A program made the position numbers and the translations under genes. A model generated the notes under the pieces. That model saw nothing but the letters and a program-made list of their open reading frames with translations, did no database searches and had not been told where the DNA came from. From the human T2T-CHM13v2.0 reference genome, Homo sapiens, in NCBI RefSeq assembly GCF_009914755.1, contig NC_060925.1: a stretch of DNA of 64,000 nt; one strand, written 5' to 3'. Shown here piece by piece: positions 38,521-51,335 of the stretch. Each line of letters starts with the position of its first letter. Within the stretch, counting starts at the first letter, position 1.

Positions 38521-38792
38521 GATTCAGCCAGTTGACAGAACTAAGGGAGATGGGAAAAGCGAAAATGCCAACAAACGGCCCGCATGTTCCCCAGCATCCT
38601 CGGCTCCTGCCTCACTAGCTGCGGAGCCTCTCCCGCTCGGTCCACGCTGCCGGGCGGCCACGACCGTGACCCTTCCCCTCGGGCCGCCCAGATCCATGCC
38701 TCGTCCCACGGGACACCAGTTCCCTGGCGTGTGCAGACCCCCCGGCGCCTACCATGCTGTACGTCGGTGACCCCGCACGGCACCTCGCCACG
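38520..38792 (+). other. TP73: TP73 exon 3B (3'), first exon of deltaNp73; internal acceptor at 38594/38595 gives the 198-nt deltaN' exon
   Basis: Donor ACG|GTAGGT at 38792/38793; acceptor TGTTCCCCAG|CAT. After exon 3 the TA frame reads HPRLLPH then TAG (38616-38618). Confidence 0.92.
38754..38792 (+). CDS. TP73: deltaNp73-specific N-terminus MLYVGDPARHLAT (13 codons, phase 0 to exon 4)
   Basis: ACC-ATG-CTG-TAC-GTC-GGT-GAC-CCC-GCA-CGG-CAC-CTC-GCC-ACG|GT. Confidence 0.97.
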
Positions 38793-39763
38793 GTAGGTGT
38801 GACGCGCCATTCATAAGATCTCTTCGGGGACTTTGCGGGGGATTTTGCTGCAGTGTAGGGTTCAGAGGGGCATCCTTCTGCCTGCCTTCCTGGCCTGGAG
38901 TCTGCTGCCAGTTGGGGTGAGCAGAGGTAGGAAGGGAGGCGTTGAGGGGCTAGAGGCAGGTCCCAGGCATGGAGGCAAGCAGATTCGGGCTCCAACAGCC
39001 TGTGCCCACCTGCTGGGCAGGGACCCGCAGCCAGGGAGAGGAGGCCGGGTCCATGCCGATGGGGCTGCTGGTGTTTCTGCCTCGTGCTCGGGGGTCTCTG
39101 ATGCTCCTTGGCTTTGGGGCTGGCGGCTTGGTCCAGGCTCAGAGTTTCCGAGCTGCCCTGCCCTGCCCCAGCTGCCAGGAGCTCAGTGCACCCTAGAAGT
39201 CATCTTTGCTCCTGGGCTTGGGTGTGAAGCTGCCCCCGCCCTCATCAGGGAATTTGCTCATTTGACAGCAGTGGCAGACGGTGCTTCTTGTCAGTCCCAC
39301 GGGCTCTTCTCGGTGTGGGTCTGAGCTCCAGGGCCAGGACCTGTGGCAAACTGGGCTTGAGGCCTCTTGCGCCACCCGCCCCCTGCAGTGGGCTGCTGGC
39401 TTGGAAGAGGGGAGGGAAGGGTCTGCAGCTTGTGGTTGGCCCCTGCAGCCTGAGCCCTGGGGACCTGGCCTCACTTCCAGACTTGCCAGGTCCCTGGGGG
39501 CCAGGCAGGCACCAGCTGCTAATTGAGAAGGTGGAAGGCTCGGCACAGCTGCTCCACGTGGGGCCGTTCCTCCTCCCAGGGAAGCAGACAGCTGGGACCA
39601 TGGGTACCTGTGCCACACGGGAAACTCAGCCATGGGCAGGGGGCAGCGGGCAGATAGGCAGAGTCCAAGTGCCCCGAAGCTCTGCTGGCACTGGGATGTA
39701 GAGGCCCAAAGATCTGGGGACGGAGGCCTTTGGAGCCGTGGGCTCCCCAGGCAGTGTGACCAG

Positions 39764-40135
39764 GGTGTGTGTGACAGCGATGTGTGTGAGCGTGCACATC
39801 AATGTGCATGTGGCGGGTGGGTATTGGTGTGCGTGCATGTGTGTGTCTAAGCGTGGATGTGCATGCAATACGCAGGCGAGGATATGTGCAGATGTGTGTG
39901 TGTATGTTATGGGTGTGTGTACAGGCTGGTGTGTGTGTATGTACACGTGTTTGCCTGTGTGTTGTGGTGTGTGTACGTGTGAGCAGATTGGTACTGCAGG
40001 TGTGATTGTGTGATTTGGGTGGGTAGGTGCTCACGTGTGTCCGTATGTGTGTTGCGATGGATACATGGATGTCTGTGCCTGTAGCTGTGTGTTCCCAGGC
40101 AAGGCTTTGAGAAGAGAGGCAGTGTGTGTGTGTGG
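39764..40135. repeat. Degenerate (TG)n-rich tract
   Basis: GTGTGT/GCATGT alternation. Confidence 0.85.
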
Positions 40136-40842
40136 CCCAGAGGGTGGGTGAGGGTGTGGGTGACCCAGCCCCACAGCCTGCCCAGATGCTGGGTCCATGC
40201 ACTCGAGTCTGGCGGCACCATGGCCTCTCCACACGCCTGCGTGATCTTTTTATCTGAAACCCAGTGCTGGGACTGTAGCCCAGAGCGTGGAACGGCTACA
40301 TCAGGCATGGGGTGTCCCTCTCTCCCTTATCTGGCTGTCACCCACTTGTGCATTGATACATGTATCCACCAACACGTTGCTATTAGAAACGCACAGCAGG
40401 CCTGGGGCTCCTGGGGGGCTGCCTTGTACCCCCAGACTCTCCCAGGAGGTGTGTGAGCTGGGAGGGGCTATCTCCCGGCTGCTGGACCGCCTGGAACCCG
40501 AGGTGGATCCAGAAGCCTCGGGTGGAGAGGCCAGTGTCGCTGCCTGGCCAGCCGAGAAGCCTGGGGACCTGGGGGACTCTAGTACAATCTTTTCCCTTGA
40601 ATGGAGCAGATGTCACCATGTGACTCACCCTCTCGGGGGACTCCACCAAGGTTGAGTATGTGGTTGCGCAGACGCCATTCCCGGGAGGGGTGGGGAGGTG
40701 GAGCCCTGCTGCCCTGGCCTGCAGACCCTCACTGCCTGCAGGAGCTGCTGGTGTCCACTCGGCTGCTGCTGCCCGGTGCCCTGGGCGTCAGCAATGGCCA
40801 GCTGTGCCATCACTGTTTCTTTTTACACCAAGGATTACTGTG

Positions 40843-40990
40843 GTTCGTTCGTTCATTTGTCCATTCATTCATCCCATCAGCAAGTGTTAACTGGGCACGT
40901 TTTGTGTGTTAGGCTGAGTGCCAGGAGCAGGTGGAGGCAGTGCCCAGAGCCAGCCATGTCTCCAGCACCTCTTCCCTCTCGGGGGGAGGT
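40843..40990 (-). mobile_element. L2 3' end fragment
   Basis: TTCGTTCATTTGTCCATTCATTCATCCCATCAGCAAGTGTTAACTGGGCAC...GTGTGTTAGGC. Confidence 0.65.
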
Positions 40991-41514
40991 GGGCTAGGCT
41001 GGGCCATCCTAATGGGCGGAGTGGTGACTCAGTTTCCCTGTTTCTGTGCCAGAGAGAGTATTCATGACCTCATCTTACTGCAGGAACGTATTTTGAGAGA
41101 GAAAGTGGTATTTGGCCCAAAGGGTTTTAAACCCAAAGTGAGCGAATAGAGTTGTATTGGAGTTGGTGGCTTTGTGAGGCCCTGGTTATTCCTATCAAAG
41201 CACAGTGGCTGCTCCGGAGCCCGCTGGGCCAGCCTGGCCCTGGGAAGAGGCCCCTGGGTTGCAGGACACTGTCTGAGCCCCCAGCTGGGCCCGCCAATTG
41301 CCCCCAGCCTGGCACAGGGTTCCAGGTGTGGGCTTGGGGTCTGTCTCTCTGGCATCTGCCAGCTGAGTCTTTGGTCAGTGACGCCGCTCTCTGAGCCTCA
41401 GTCTCCTCTATGATGAGGACGGTGTTCACCGTAGCTGCTCGGCTGCGGGGCCCAATGGGAGCCACTGGTTACTTGCTGCAGATGGGGACGCAGGGGGGCC
41501 TGGCCTGGAGAGCT

Positions 41515-44500
41515 GCCGCCTCAGCCCCTCCTCCCACAATCCCACCCATGCAGCCTTAGCCCCTCCTCCTGCAATCCCAGCCCTGCAGCCTCAGCCCCTC
41601 CTCCCGCAATCCCACCCATGCAGCCTCAGCCCCTCCTCCCGCAATCCCAGCCATGCAGCCTCAGCTCCTCCTCCCACAATCCCAGCCCTGCAGCCTCAGC
41701 TCCTCCTCCCACAATCCCAGCCCTGCAGCCTCAGCCCCTCCTCCCACAATCCCACCCATGCAGCCTCAGCCCCTCCTCCCGCAATCCCAGCCCTGCAGCC
41801 TCAGCCCCTCCTCCCGCAATCCCAGCCATGCAGCCTCAGCCCCTCCTCCCGCAATCCCAGCCATGCAGCCTCAGCCCCTCCTCCCGCAATCCCAGCCCTG
41901 CAGCCTCAGCTCCTCCTCCCACAATCCCACCCATGCAGCCTCAGCCCCTCCTCCCGCAATCCCAGCCCTGCAGCCTCAGCCCCTCCTCCCGCAATCCCAG
42001 CCCTGCAGCCTCAGCCCCTCCTCCCGCAATCCCAGCCATGCAGCCTCAGCCCCTCCTCCCACAATCCCAGCCATGCAGCCTCAGCCCCTCCTCCCGCAAT
42101 CCCAGCCCTGCAGCCTCAGCCCCTCCTCCCGCAATCCCAGCCCTGCAGCCTCAGCCCCTCCTCCCGCAATCCCAGCCCTGCAGCCTCAGCCCCTCCTCCC
42201 GCAATCCCAGCCCTGCAGCCTCAGCCCCTCCTCCCGCAATCCCAGCCCTGCAGCCTCCGCCCCTCCTCCCGCAATCCCAGCCATGCAGCCTCAGCCCCTC
42301 CTCCCGCAATCCCAGCCCTGCAGCCTCAGCCCCTCCTCCTGCAATCCCAGCCATGCAGCCTCCGCCCCTCCTCCCGCAATCCCACCCATGCAGCCTCCGC
42401 CCCTCCTCCCGCAATCCCAGCCATGCAGCCTCAGCCCCTCCTCCCGCAATCCCAGCCCTGCAGCCTCAGCCCCTCCTCCCGCAATCCCAGCCCTGCAGCC
42501 TCAGCCCCTCCTCCCGCAATCCCAGCCATGCAGCCTCAGCCCCTCCTCCCGCAATCCCAGCCCTGCAGCCTCAGCCCCTCCTCCTGCAATCCCAGCCATG
42601 CAGCCTCAGCCCCTCCTCCCGCAATCCCACCCATGCAGCCTCCGCCCCTCCTCCCGCAATCCCACCCATGCAGCCTCCGCCCCTCCTCCCGCAATCCCAG
42701 CCATGCAGCCTCAGCCCCTCCTCCCGCAATCCCAGCCCTGCAGCCTCAGCCCCTCCTCCCGCAATCCCAGCCCTGCAGCCTCAGCCCCTCCTCCCGCAAT
42801 CCCAGCCATGCAGCCTCAGCCCCTCCTCCCACAATCCCAGCCATGCAGCCTCAGCCCCTCCTCCTGCAATCCCAGCCATGCAGCCTCAGCCCCTCCTCCC
42901 GCAATCCCAGCCCTGCAGCCTCCGCCCCTCCTCCCGCAATCCCAGCCCTGCAGCCTCCGCCCCTCCTCCCGCAATCCCAGCCCTGCAGCCTCCGCCCCTC
43001 CTCCCGCAATCCCACCCATGCAGCCTCAGCCCCTCCTCCCGCAATCCCACCCATGCAGCCTCAGCCCCTCCTCCCGCAATCCCACCCATGCAGCCTCAGC
43101 CCCTCCTCCCGCAATCCCAGCCCTGCAGCCTCAGCCCCTCCTCCCGCAATCCCACCCATGCAGCCTCAGCCCCTCCTCCCGCAATCCCAGCCCTGCAGCC
43201 TCAGCCCCTCCTCCCGCAATCCCAGCCCTGCAGCCTCCACCCCTCCTCCCGCAATCCCAGCCATGCAGCCTCAGCCCCTCCTCCCGAAATCCCAGCCCTG
43301 CAGCCTCAGCCCCTCCTCCCGCAATCCCAGCCATGCAGCCTCAGCCCCTCCTCCTGCAATCCCAGCCATGCAGCCTCAGCCCCCTCCTCCCACAATCCCA
43401 CCCATGCAGCCTCAGCCCCTCCTCCTGCAATCCCACCCATGCATCTTCAGCCCCTCCTCCCGCAATCCCAGCCCTGCAGCCTCAGCCCCTCCTCCTGCAA
43501 TCCCAGCCCTGCAGCCTCAGCCCCTCCTCCTGCAATCCCAGCCATGCAGCCTCAGCCCCTCCTCCCGCAATCCCAGCCCTGCAGCCTCCACCCCTCCTCC
43601 CGCAATCCCAGCCATGCAGCCTCAGCCCCTCCTCCTGCAATCCCAGCCATGCATCTTCAGCCCCTCCTCCCGCAATCCCAGCCCTGCAGCCTCCACCCCT
43701 CCTCCCGCAATCCCAGCCATGCAGCCTCAGCCCCTCCTCCCGAAATCCCAGCCCTGCAGCCTCAGCCCCTCCTCCCGCAATCCCAGCCATGCAGCCTCAG
43801 CCCCTCCTCCTGCAATCCCAGCCATGCAGCCTCAGCCCCCTCCTCCCACAATCCCACCCATGCAGCCTCAGCCCCTCCTCCTGCAATCCCACCCATGCAT
43901 CTTCAGCCCCTCCTCCCGCAATCCCAGCCCTGCAGCCTCAGCCCCTCCTCCTGCAATCCCAGCCCTGCAGCCTCAGCCCCTCCTCCTGCAATCCCAGCCA
44001 TGCAGCCTCAGCCCCTCCTCCCGCAATCCCAGCCCTGCAGCCTCCACCCCTCCTCCCGCAATCCCAGCCATGCAGCCTCAGCCCCTCCTCCTGCAATCCC
44101 AGCCATGCAGCCTCAGCCCCCTCCTCCCACAATCCCACCCATGCAGCCTCAGCCCCTCCTCCTGCAATCCCACCCATGCATCTTCAGCCCCTCCTCCCGC
44201 AATCCCAGCCCTGCAGCCTCAGCCCCTCCTCCTGCAATCCCAGCCCTGCAGCCTCAGCCCCTCCTCCTGCAATCCCAGCCATGCAGCCTCAGACCCTTCC
44301 TCCCACAATCCCACCCATGCAGCCTCAGCCCCTCCTCCTGCAATCCCAGCCATGCAGCCTCAGCCCCCTCCTCCCACAATCCCACCCATGCAGCCTCAGC
44401 CCCTCCTCCTGCAATCCCACCCATGCATCTTCAGCCCCTCCTCCCACAATCCCAGCCCTGCAGCCTCAGCCCCTCCTCCTGCAATCCCAGCCATGCAGCC

Positions 44501-44531
44501 TCAGCCCCTCCTCCCGCAATCCCAGCCATGC
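41515..44531. repeat. 35-bp VNTR (GCAGCCTCAGCCCCTCCTCCCGCAATCCCAGCC(C/A)T), ~86 copies, ~3 kb
   Basis: Continuous array with variant units and block duplications in the 3' third. Confidence 0.99.
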
Positions 44532-46673
44532 TCTTCACTTGCTTCCCACACTGTCCTTCCGCATGGGGGACTGGATAATCCTGTGGTGGCTCTGGCCAAA
44601 CAAGGCCACGTTCTGACTCTGCGGCTCCCACGGACTGGGGTTGATCAATGCCCAACCCCGAGGTGGACACAGAGACATTACCCACTTCTGCCTGTAGCAA
44701 GGAAGGAGCCGATGGCTGGATGAGTGGGGCCCCTCTAGAAGAGGCTGAGCGCTGGAGACGTCGGAGCTGGGTGCTGTCTACCAACACCCAGGAGTCTCCC
44801 TGACTTCCCAAATGTCCAGTTCATGGCCCCTTGCCCCCCACTTCCTCCTGGGGCCGCTGTTCTTCAGCTTTAGGGTCTCAGGAGGTTAGCCAGGGTGATG
44901 GGAGACACCCCTAGCTCTCCTGCACCCTCTCTATGGAGGGGCTGGAGCCTGTCTCGCCGCAGGGCCTGGGCTGTGCACCCTTGGGCCTGGCCTGTTCCCA
45001 CCCTGCCCCTCCGCATGGTGGGCATCCATGCGTTGCGGGAACGTGGCCACCCCTGTGCTGAGGAGCAGCACGGACGGATCTGGAGCTTTGGACACCCCCA
45101 CTCCCGTGCGCCCCATGGAGCCAGTGTCCACTCTGTTCCTGCAGAAAGTGAAACCTCTGGGCAGGATGGGCCTCCAGGACAGGGCCCTGGGGCGGGGGGA
45201 AGCCAATCAGTGCAGCAAGCTGCAGTTACTAGGCACCTACTCTGTACGTGGGGCTACGGAACCAAGGGACGCAGCTGGCAGACGTTCTGGGAGGGCCCCC
45301 GGCTGCAGTGCTGGGGATAGACCACAGGGGGGCAGGGCCAAGGCCAGGAGCCGCCTGCAGGCTGGGACGATCCAGGGAATGGGGCAGCCCCGCCGGCCAG
45401 GTGGTACCACACCGTGGGATTCTGGGCAAGATTTGCTGATGGGCTGGATATGAGGGAAGGGGTGGGGGAGACCCCAAGTTTTCTGCCCTGAGATTGGTAG
45501 AACTGCAGCAGAGCAGGGGTGAAAACGCCGCGGTCGGCCGTGGCTGTGTTGGAGATGCCCGGCAGCCATTGCATAGCTGAGAAGGAGCCGCATGCAGGGA
45601 GGAGGACGACGAGCGAGCAGTTCCCAAAGCCCCATGAGGGAGGGGTTTCCAGTGGTCCTGGGGCCTGAAAAGTGTGACCACCTGGTGGCTCAGTCCTGTG
45701 TGCATCAGAGGAGGTGGTGGGTGGTGGTCAGGCTTAGGGTGGAGTTTGAAGGTGACCTTAGAGGAAGAGCAGGGGAGGATTCCAGAAAGATGCTGAGGTT
45801 CCATTTGCACCCTTGCAGGAGGCTCTGCTGCTCCCCAAGGCAGGAAAGGCCGGCAGGGTCTGGATGTGAGGTGGGTAAGGAGTTGGGGCCACACTGGCAG
45901 GAGCGGCCATGTGGACACTCAGTTGCTGGTGTGGGCAGGCAGGCTGTGGAGACGACCTCTAGGGAGTCCTGCACATGGGCACTTACAGTCAGGGCTCTGG
46001 GGGATCTGCACGGAGGCAGGGAGAGACAGCGGCTGGAGCTGAGCACTGGGCACTACGACATCCGAGACACCAAGCAGAGGGGGAGATGCAGAGGGGCAGC
46101 CTGGGAGGCCAGGAGGCACGAGAGGCTGGCTGGGAGAACAGAAAAGGGACTGGGGCTTGGCAACCCAGAGGCTGCTGAGTTCCCACGGTTTGGAGAGGGC
46201 AGGGCCCAACTGGGAATGGCTCATGGGATTGCTGAGCATGGCCAAGGGAGCCCTCAGCATCCTCTCCAGGCCTTGTGTCATGAAAGACCCCGAGCAGCGG
46301 TGGGGCTCAAGCCATGTGGGGCCAGGGGAGGGACCAGTTGTCCTAACTGGAGATCCAGGGATCAGAGGAGCCACCCCACTCACCCGCCTGCTGTGCCTAG
46401 TGCACGCCCGCCTCCGGCCCCCCTGCCACCCTCGGCCAGCTGCTATTTCTGTCTCCTTTGTTCTGTCCCCCATTGGACCTCCCCCCAGTCACCAGCCTAA
46501 TAGGACCTCAACTTGCTAAACCCAAACTAAACTTATCTTCCCCTGAGAGGGGATGGTGCCGTGTCTCAGCCAGCAGGAAATCCACTCTCGCCTTTGCTCA
46601 GGCCAGAGCCCTGGAGGCACTCTCCATGCCTGAGGTCCTGTGAATCCTGCCTGCAAATGTGCCTGGGGCCCCT

Positions 46674-46729
46674 GCGGGGCCCACCTCGCACCCGCGGCCC
46701 ACGTCGCACCCGCGGCCCACCTCGCACCC
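46674..46729. repeat. 18-bp tandem repeat (GCGGCCCACCTCGCACCC) x3
   Basis: Visible directly in the sequence. Confidence 0.85.
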
Positions 46730-47570
46730 ACTGCTCAGATACATCTCACAATTGCTGCCTTTGCTGACGCCCGCCCTGTGTTCTCAACACCGGAGCCAGA
46801 GGGAGCGCTTTGCAGCCCCGGGCGTCTCTGCTCAGCTCCGACCACCTCTCCCGCTATCCCCCTGGGCTCCGTCTCTCCCTGCACGGGCCCTCGGCCCTTC
46901 CTCTGGCTGCAGGCTCTCTGCCCTGCTGGTCCCCAGCCTGGAAACACCCCCAGGCCCACCCAATACCTGGGGCAGATCTTTCCCTTCCTGCAGGCCCGCC
47001 TTCACCTTTTCCCGAGCCCGTCCTTGCCTGGACGCCAGCCCTGGCCCCTGTGCCTGGCTCTGTGTTTCTGAGACCACTTTTGATCCCAAGCCCCTGCACG
47101 CTTGCTGGCTGGTTTGTTTACTGTCGTCAGCATGGAGGGCCGGGGTCGTGTCTCGTGCCGGCTGCCATCTTCCTGCACCTGGGAGGGTGCTAGGATGTCA
47201 AGCCTAGGAAATGGGTGTGAAGAGGAGACCTGCCTTTGCAGGAGCTGACCAAGGCCAGTGCACTGGGCGGGACCATCCGTCACTCCTGAGCCCACTAACT
47301 GGGGAGGGGACAGGCAGAGCGGGGCTGGGTGATTCCTGAGCAAGCATGCTGCTGTCTCTCTGGCTCTGGGGCCTCTGCCCTCTGCCTCGATGGCCCCCCA
47401 CAGCCGTCCTGGACCGCCTTCTCCACCTTTGGGCTCCTGCTCCAATGTCCGCTTATCACCGAGGGCCATCGGAGGTGGCACGCCCCGTGACTGCCTCCCC
47501 CTCCCTGTACCCTGCACTGCACGTGTCATAATTCAAGTTCTCGGCTCAGCCACCCATTCTCGGCTCAGCC

Positions 47571-47679
47571 ACTAATGTGTGCTGGAAGGTGTCCAGGAAG
47601 CCCTGCTAAGCATCTGTCAGTGTCTCCAGCACAGCAGGAGGCTGTTACAGGTGGCGCCTGATTCACATCTGCAGGACAG
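47571..47679 (+). other. TP73: Probable additional alternative first exon of TP73 in intron 3
   Basis: Donor CAG|GTGGAT at 47679/47680. I recall a TP73 transcript beginning ACTAATGTGTGCTGGAAG..., but cannot verify that here. Confidence 0.45.
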
Positions 47680-48556
47680 GTGGATGGATGGGCAGACAGA
47701 TGGGCAGGGGCATGTGTGCAAGGACACAGGATGTCAGGGCTGACACCTGGGTTGGGCTCTGGGGTGCTGGCAGCAGGGTTCGGAGAGGGGAGAGAAGCGT
47801 GTGTGAGCTGTGCCTTCCCCCTCGTCTTCCCGGGCACTCGGCATTCTGGGTGGGAGGGCCTGGACCAGCCCGTTTCCAGGTGGTTAAATAAAGTCTGTGC
47901 ATCCTGTTGGCCACCTGCCTCTCATAGGCAGCAGCACAGGGCCTGATGGGGATACAGCCTGGATACCCCACTGGGGCCTCCCGCAGACACTCAGGGTCCA
48001 GGCTGCCCCTCGCCACAACCTGGAAGGGAGGGGCTGGTGGGCCAGCCCTCTGGAGGAGGCCTCTCAGGGGAGGTGGGCTTTGAGCGGGATCCGGGAGGCA
48101 GGGGGCAGAAGCTGAGGGACGTGGAGAAGGGTCTGGGGGAGGAGGCGGCGGCACCGTGAGTGGACTCCGGGGCGGTTAGCAGGTGGAAGGCAGTGAGGGT
48201 TGAGGAGAGGGTGGGGCGAGGCCCTTGCACCAGGCCACAGTGGGCGGCTCAAATGTGGGTCCGTGGAGGCCCGGGGGGCACCAGGCTACCCTGGAGTCAT
48301 CTGAAGTCACCTGGGCGTGTGGAGGGACATGCATCTGCAAGGCCCCCATGTGGCGCTAAGCACAGAGTGGGTGCTGCAGACGGGCTCAGCCACTGCGGGC
48401 AGGTGCAGGCAGGATAGCAGCGGTGGCCCTGGGCCTCGCAGTCCTGCAGACACACGTCTGGGGACTGCTCCTGGGGGCGCGTTTCTCCGGTGTGAGGTGT
48501 GGAAAGTTCCACATGGCCCTGGCACGGGATTGGGCAAGGCCTCGCCTCAGCCCCGG

Positions 48557-48643
48557 GTGAGAGCAGAGGGTGCTGTGGGTGAGAGCACAGGGTGCTGTGG
48601 GTGAGAGCAGAGGGTGCTGTGGATGAGAGCAGAGGGTGCTGTG
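48557..48643. repeat. 22-bp tandem repeat (GTGAGAGCAGAGGGTGCTGTGG) x4
   Basis: Units at 48557, 48579, 48601 and 48623. Confidence 0.92.
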
Positions 48644-50057
48644 TGCACATTGTCGGGAGAGGGAGGCTTCCCCCCAGCCGCATGTCGAATCTTGTTGGCA
48701 TTTCCATTCGTTTAATCACGGGCTCCGGGAGATGCTGTGGGAAGTACCGGCAGGACGGAGGTCTTGCCCTGGTGGGATGGGCTCTCTTCCTCCGAAGCCC
48801 AGGCTGCTTGTCAGTCACTCACCCCTGGGTGAGGTTGGGGCCCAAGTTCAGACATGCCCACGAGAGATCAGGGAGTTTGAGGAGCGGCATACTCTCAAAA
48901 AACCACAACAGTCTGGTCTCAATATTCTCCAGGGAACGAGGACACGGACCTCCTTGTTCTACAAGAGCTGGGGTCACAGCTCAGAGCCCCTGTCCAGGCT
49001 GGAGGGAGAAGGCCAGGAGGCCAGAGGGAGGCCAGCTGAGCCCTCAGGAGACTCCAGGCAGGCCCCGATGCCAGACTCCAGCCCTCAAACATGCTGCCTT
49101 CTGGAAACGTCTGTCACGGGCACACCATGCACCATGCCATGGCTGCCAGTGGTGGATGAAGAAGAGCATGTCTCTGCCCCGTCTGGAGCTCCCGGTTCCT
49201 GTCCTAGTTGAACAGAATGAATGAGAGTGCGGGATAAATGCCGGGCGGGGAGCAGGGATGCTCGGGCGGGGGCAGGAGCTGGAGAGGTGACAGGAGCGAG
49301 GGAGGCGGAGGTGGAGCTGGGGAGGGGCCAGCGGGGCGTCAGGATTTCAGCTGACATCCCTACTACGCTTTTTCACGTGCCTCCCTCTCTGACTCGGATC
49401 CTAAGTGATTAGGATCAGAGGAATCTCTGTTTCCAAGAGAAGGGGGACTGCATGGCCAGACCGTGGGCTCGGGCCCCAGTCTCCTGATCTCCGCCAAGCC
49501 CAGGGCCCCAGGAAGCGGCCCCATCCTTGGGAGCTGTCCTGGCCTCAGCTCCCAAGGATGGGGTTCCTCGGGAAGCTGTTATTGCTGTCTACGGGGCAGG
49601 AGCTCCGTCTTTCGAGCCTCTGCACTTGTGGAGACAAAGGTTTCCGAATGAGCATTTGTGCCCCGCCCTCCCCACCACCCCTGCCAGGCCCAATGCAGGG
49701 ACCAGGCTGCATGTGCCTTCCCCGCCTCACATCTCCTCCGCTGGAGGAGTCAGCCGAAACCATGGCCTTTGGAGATGTGGCCAGAGTCATTGTGAATTTT
49801 GCTGGCAGGTTTCTCTGTTGTCATTTCCACTAAAAAATACGTTCCGTTCTGGACAGTACCACATCTGTCCCCTGTCATCCGATGGCACGGTCGTGACCTC
49901 CCATGCCTTGCTTTGCATTGTGTCTTAAATATCCTAGGATCTGATAAAAGGCACTGTGGATACCGGGAAGCGAGAGGAGTGGACTGGGGGGAACAGGGAC
50001 ACAAACTTGAAAAAGATTTATTTCCCATCTACTTGTAAAAAAAATCACTCAAATGCC

Positions 50058-50352
<295 letters not shown>

Positions 50353-50806
50353 TCAACAGGTGCAATGGGAATCTTTTAACAAAACCACAAAATCCAACTT
50401 AATCTGAAATAGAACAGAACCCATGCGGCGGGAGGGTGATGATGGGGCCCAGCTCCCCTCCAGCTCCTGGCCGGTGAGGACAAAGAGTCTTTCAAGGGGC
50501 TGTCCCCGCCCTCCACATTCTGAGGAAGGCAGCCTGGACCCTGGGCACTGTCTGGGCTTGGGGCTGTGGCCGACATGGCGGGCGGTGGCACACCGTGGCC
50601 ACTTCCCCCAGTTGGATGGCCCGCGTGGATTTCAGGGTCTGTTTCATCCAACCAAGAGTTTCTGAGCGTCCTGTCGGTACTGGCTATCTGGACACCTCGG
50701 GGAACAGGAGAGACCCCGACCCCTGTGAGCACCTGCCCCCGAGAGCACCTGCTCTTCCCCATCCGTCCCTGTGCCCAGGGCTTAGCGACTGTCCTCTGCG
50801 TAGTGA

Positions 50807-51335
<529 letters not shown>

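Larger units (their letters stand above)
45215..47700. mobile_element. Highly diverged L2 fragments (minus strand ~45215-46200; plus strand ~46500-47700)
   Basis: TTACTAGGCACCTACTCTGT; CTCAACTTGCTAAACCCAAACTAAACTT; 3'-end-like GTGTCTCCAGCACAGCAGG...GGATGGATGG. Boundaries are poor. Confidence 0.45.

Noticed and set aside
41618-44723. 986/987/766-aa ORFs as a novel mucin-like gene
   Set aside because: They coincide exactly with a 35-bp VNTR whose unit lacks stops. The same peptide appears in all frames, there is no codon-phase constraint or gene structure, and the region is intronic to TP73.
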